Source: Amoebidium appalachense (taxonomy: Eukaryota; Protista; Ichthyosporea). Taken from it: a DNA stretch of 64,000 nucleotides. This document shows positions 55,790 to 64,000 of this stretch, piece after piece. The position numbers and the translations under genes are program-made. The stretch spans positions 2,728,001 to 2,792,000 of the forward strand of contig CAVNZM010000014.1 in the NCBI GenBank assembly GCA_963693365.1. The letters run 5' to 3'. Position 1 is the first letter of the stretch. Each line of letters starts with the position of its first letter. The notes under the pieces were generated by a model. That model was not told where the DNA came from, made no database searches, and saw nothing but the letters and a program-made list of their open reading frames with translations.

Positions 55790-58389
55790 AATGAAATGGG
55801 TTATGAAAAGCATGGGCAAAGAGTTGTGCCAGGGCGGAAGACTTTATTTTATTTCGGGAAAAGGGTGTGTTTGTCTGTGTGTTGTATGTGTGTGTGGGAG
55901 AAAGGAGGGGGAGGGGTGAGGGGGGAACTTGTAAATACAAACTGTTTATCCCTTGAATTTAACTGAGCGATGTGACCATCCTTGCACTGACGTATGACGA
56001 GACTGCTTTGACGTTTATTATTACTACTGATGATTACTTAGTGATGACTTTTTAATTTCGAGTTTCGTTTAGGCAACGTGGGGAGGTGAGGGGAAGAGAG
56101 TTTTGGGGGGGGCGGGGGGGGTTGACTCAGTGCATAATGATAGCAAATCGTAGTTTTCACTGTCGGATCTGCTGGCAGTATATTGTGACCGCGAAATACA
56201 TAATAATACAGTAATAAACCTGATGAGTTCTAAGCCCGATCGGCCACTCCTTTTATATCTTTAAGCGGTCATGTAGGCAATGCTTAGTCCCCTTCGAGCT
56301 CAGTAATCCGCCCTTCCCCACAGTGCACCATTCCTTTAAATTTCTTCATGAGACGTTTACTGCGCCCCTTAAAACCCTTCTGACCAGTCATGTGCCCCTC
56401 CCACCCCTCCCGCCTGCCTATGTAGACGCCCGGCGGGCCTCTCGAGCTAAAAAAAAAAAAAAAAGCTCATGTCACATCCTCGAAATGGCGGGGAAAGAAG
56501 GCATCTTCCGAACCGGGCTTGGGGAGGATCCGGAGGAAGGGAGAGACAGCCCGCACTCTGGTAAAAGTGGATGAATGGAAGGATGTCATCCCAGAGGGGG
56601 GCGCCGGGGGGTGGGGGTGGGGGGGGGGGGGGGGAGCCGGGTGGAGGGGGAGGGGGGCCTAGGGGGGGGGAGGGGGGCAAGCTAGAGAGCCAAAGCTCGA
56701 GCTCGCCTGAGAGATATAGACGGAGAGATCATTGAGGAGCGATGGGCCAGCTAGTGAACGGTTAGCTAATGCAGGAGGGGCGGCACAGTCAGGGTGCTCT
56801 TAAACCTAAGACTTATATATGTAGGAGAGGGGCGAGGATCCGGAGGGGGAGGGGATTCAGGGAATGCATATCATGGGGCGGGCGAGGGCCGAAGAGGAGA
56901 GGGGGGAGGGGGAGGGGGGGGGGGGGGGGGAGGGGGGGGGGAGGAGGGGGGGAAGGGAGCTCGGGGAGGGAAGGGAGGTGGGGGGGGGGGGGGGGGGGGG
57001 GAGGATCCGGAAGGCAAATAAAAATAGGAGGCGTGGGGGGCCGCACACGGGGGGCCGCCGCCGAACTTTGAAAGGTGGTGCACTCTCCGCCAATCATATG
57101 TAGCTGTGGAATTGTGCAAAAAACGCTTCAACTTTGTTCCGCGCATTGGTAGAAATTTGGAATTATAAATAAAAGTTCCCATAAAACAAAATTCAAATAT
57201 AAATTGGTTTTTATATTTTGTCTACTTGGCTTTTCACTTTTCACCCCTTTTTTGAGTATACTGCGGAGCTGCGAGCGAGCACCGTCCTGTCAGAGGGGAC
57301 TTTCATTACAGCACACACCAAACAGCAACGTGACTTTTTGCCAACGAAACATATAAAATTAGCATTAAAATAATTTAGTACGAGTAAAATAGAAATCAAT
57401 CACGAATCACAAGAGGTTCAAAAGCCCGCTGTATTGCCATCTTCAGACATACGCACCACCGCCACCAGACCAGCCAAGGTGCCTCAGTCAGTCACGGCGG
57501 GCAGCTGTACATGTCTTGTACAGAGACGACCGAGGGACTAATGACAAATTATAGAGAGGCGAAATTTTCTTATACCCTCAGGTTCAAGCTTAGGTAGAAG
57601 ACGAAAGGGAGTCTGGTGCAGGTGTAGATGTCTGCAATAAATTTCTGGTGTGGGCATGTTTTTTGCACAGGCGTAGGCTTACGGATAACCGAGCAGGGTT
57701 CATTCCCCAGTTGTAGATGTGGGTGTAAGGTAGATATTTAGTTTGATTTAATCATACAGTTGTCCACTTGAGACCGAAATTAATTTTCGGCTCTAATATA
57801 CACAAAGGGTAAAAACACTCAAAGTACGCGATGGTGATTGTTTCAGTGTGAAAGAGACAGATTGAGATCCCACTTAAAGTGCAACATCATGAGCCATCAT
57901 CCGAAAATGAAGAAAGATCCAGGCTTAACGTCCCCTAAGAAGGTATGTTTTGTTCTCTAAGGGCGAATATAATGCTGCGCATAAAGAATCGATGAGCAGC
58001 GTGATTTTGATAAGGCACACGGCTTCTTTCTTCTATTCATATAGGGTTACCTAACTACAACATATATTCTATTCTCAGATCCAGCTAAAATCTTGCTGGG
58101 ATCATGGATCACGTACGATGAGGTATACACAAGAGCTTCCGTTTGCTCTGTCAGAATCAAGTTCCAATGTTGTTCTTAACCTGCGAGAATTTCAAGGTTG
58201 GCCATGTCTCCATGTTTTTGCGGCCTGCCTTCAGATAAATTCTTAGGATCTCATTCCCTGTGTTTGCATCAGATGTCAAACAAAAAACAAACCCACAACA
58301 AGAAATATTTGCACATAACCGCTTGGCAGACACTCTTCTTCTTGACTATTCGTCATATTAAAGAGTATAAATTTTTACAGGATGGAAGG

Positions 58390-63581
<5,192 letters not shown>

Positions 63582-63659
63582 GTAAGTGCAATAACACCGT
63601 CACGGTGCTAGCGCTCTCTCTCAATGGAAATAACGTCATGCACGGGTTTTAGGTTTTTA

Positions 63660-63868
63660 CAAGGGTAGGCCGATTTTCATATAAGATTACGCGAATTTCG
63701 GCTGTAGCCAGCTAGTTCTTAATTCCACACCCTCCCCTAGCCCACAAGGAAAAGGAATAATCTTATTTCAAATCTGCTGTGGAAGCTAGCAGCTAGAATC
63801 TTAAATTTTCCAAAATTCCTAGCGTTAGAATCTTATATTCGGAAAGTCTTAAATCTAGCCCACCCCTG
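63660..63868. mobile_element. Decayed hAT-like MITE in an intron
   Basis: Left end caagggtaggc..atataagatt resembles the reverse complement of the right end caggggtgggc..atataagatt. Internal gctag(a/t)(a/t)tctta repeats; no TSD. Confidence 0.4.
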
Positions 63869-64000
63869 TCAGTATACGGCCTGCGTGAGGGCAACCGTTT
63901 AGCTGAATGTGAAGTGTGGTGGATCTTTAATTGTTTTTGTATGGGTTAACGGGGAAAGGAGATAGATTGGGGTTGGTGCATCTGGGTGGGTGGTTTAGCG

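Overview
Repeat-rich eukaryotic genomic DNA (taxon not identifiable from sequence alone) with spliceosomal introns and very abundant poly-G/poly-C tracts and (CA)n/(GT)n microsatellites. Most long ORFs in the supplied track are artefacts of these repeats. Manual exon assembly supports these genes: the 3' part of a disordered nuclear protein with SUMO-interacting motifs (+, to 6271); a two-exon wax ester synthase/DGAT (11437-13309); a small protein with a mitochondrial presequence (-, 33525-29304); an 8-exon EDR2 C-terminal/DUF1336 protein (35337-43253); a 7-exon FAM210B-like/DUF1279 protein (47052-55789); and the 5' part of a coiled-coil, possibly PH-domain gene running off the right end. The 14-28 kb interval is gene-poor and holds a MITE, a LINE remnant and four decayed paralogous segments. 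The most unusual signals are: (i) introns whose acceptor is a bare (AC)n-AG mirrored by (GT)n/G-tracts near the donor; (ii) one such intron flanked by an 8-bp direct repeat, as in Introner elements; (iii) a dispersed, sense-oriented intronic repeat whose constant 3' end always abuts poly-C, with degenerate hammerhead-like motifs; and (iv) repeated local duplication of splice sites. All gene models are hand-built and need RNA-seq confirmation.
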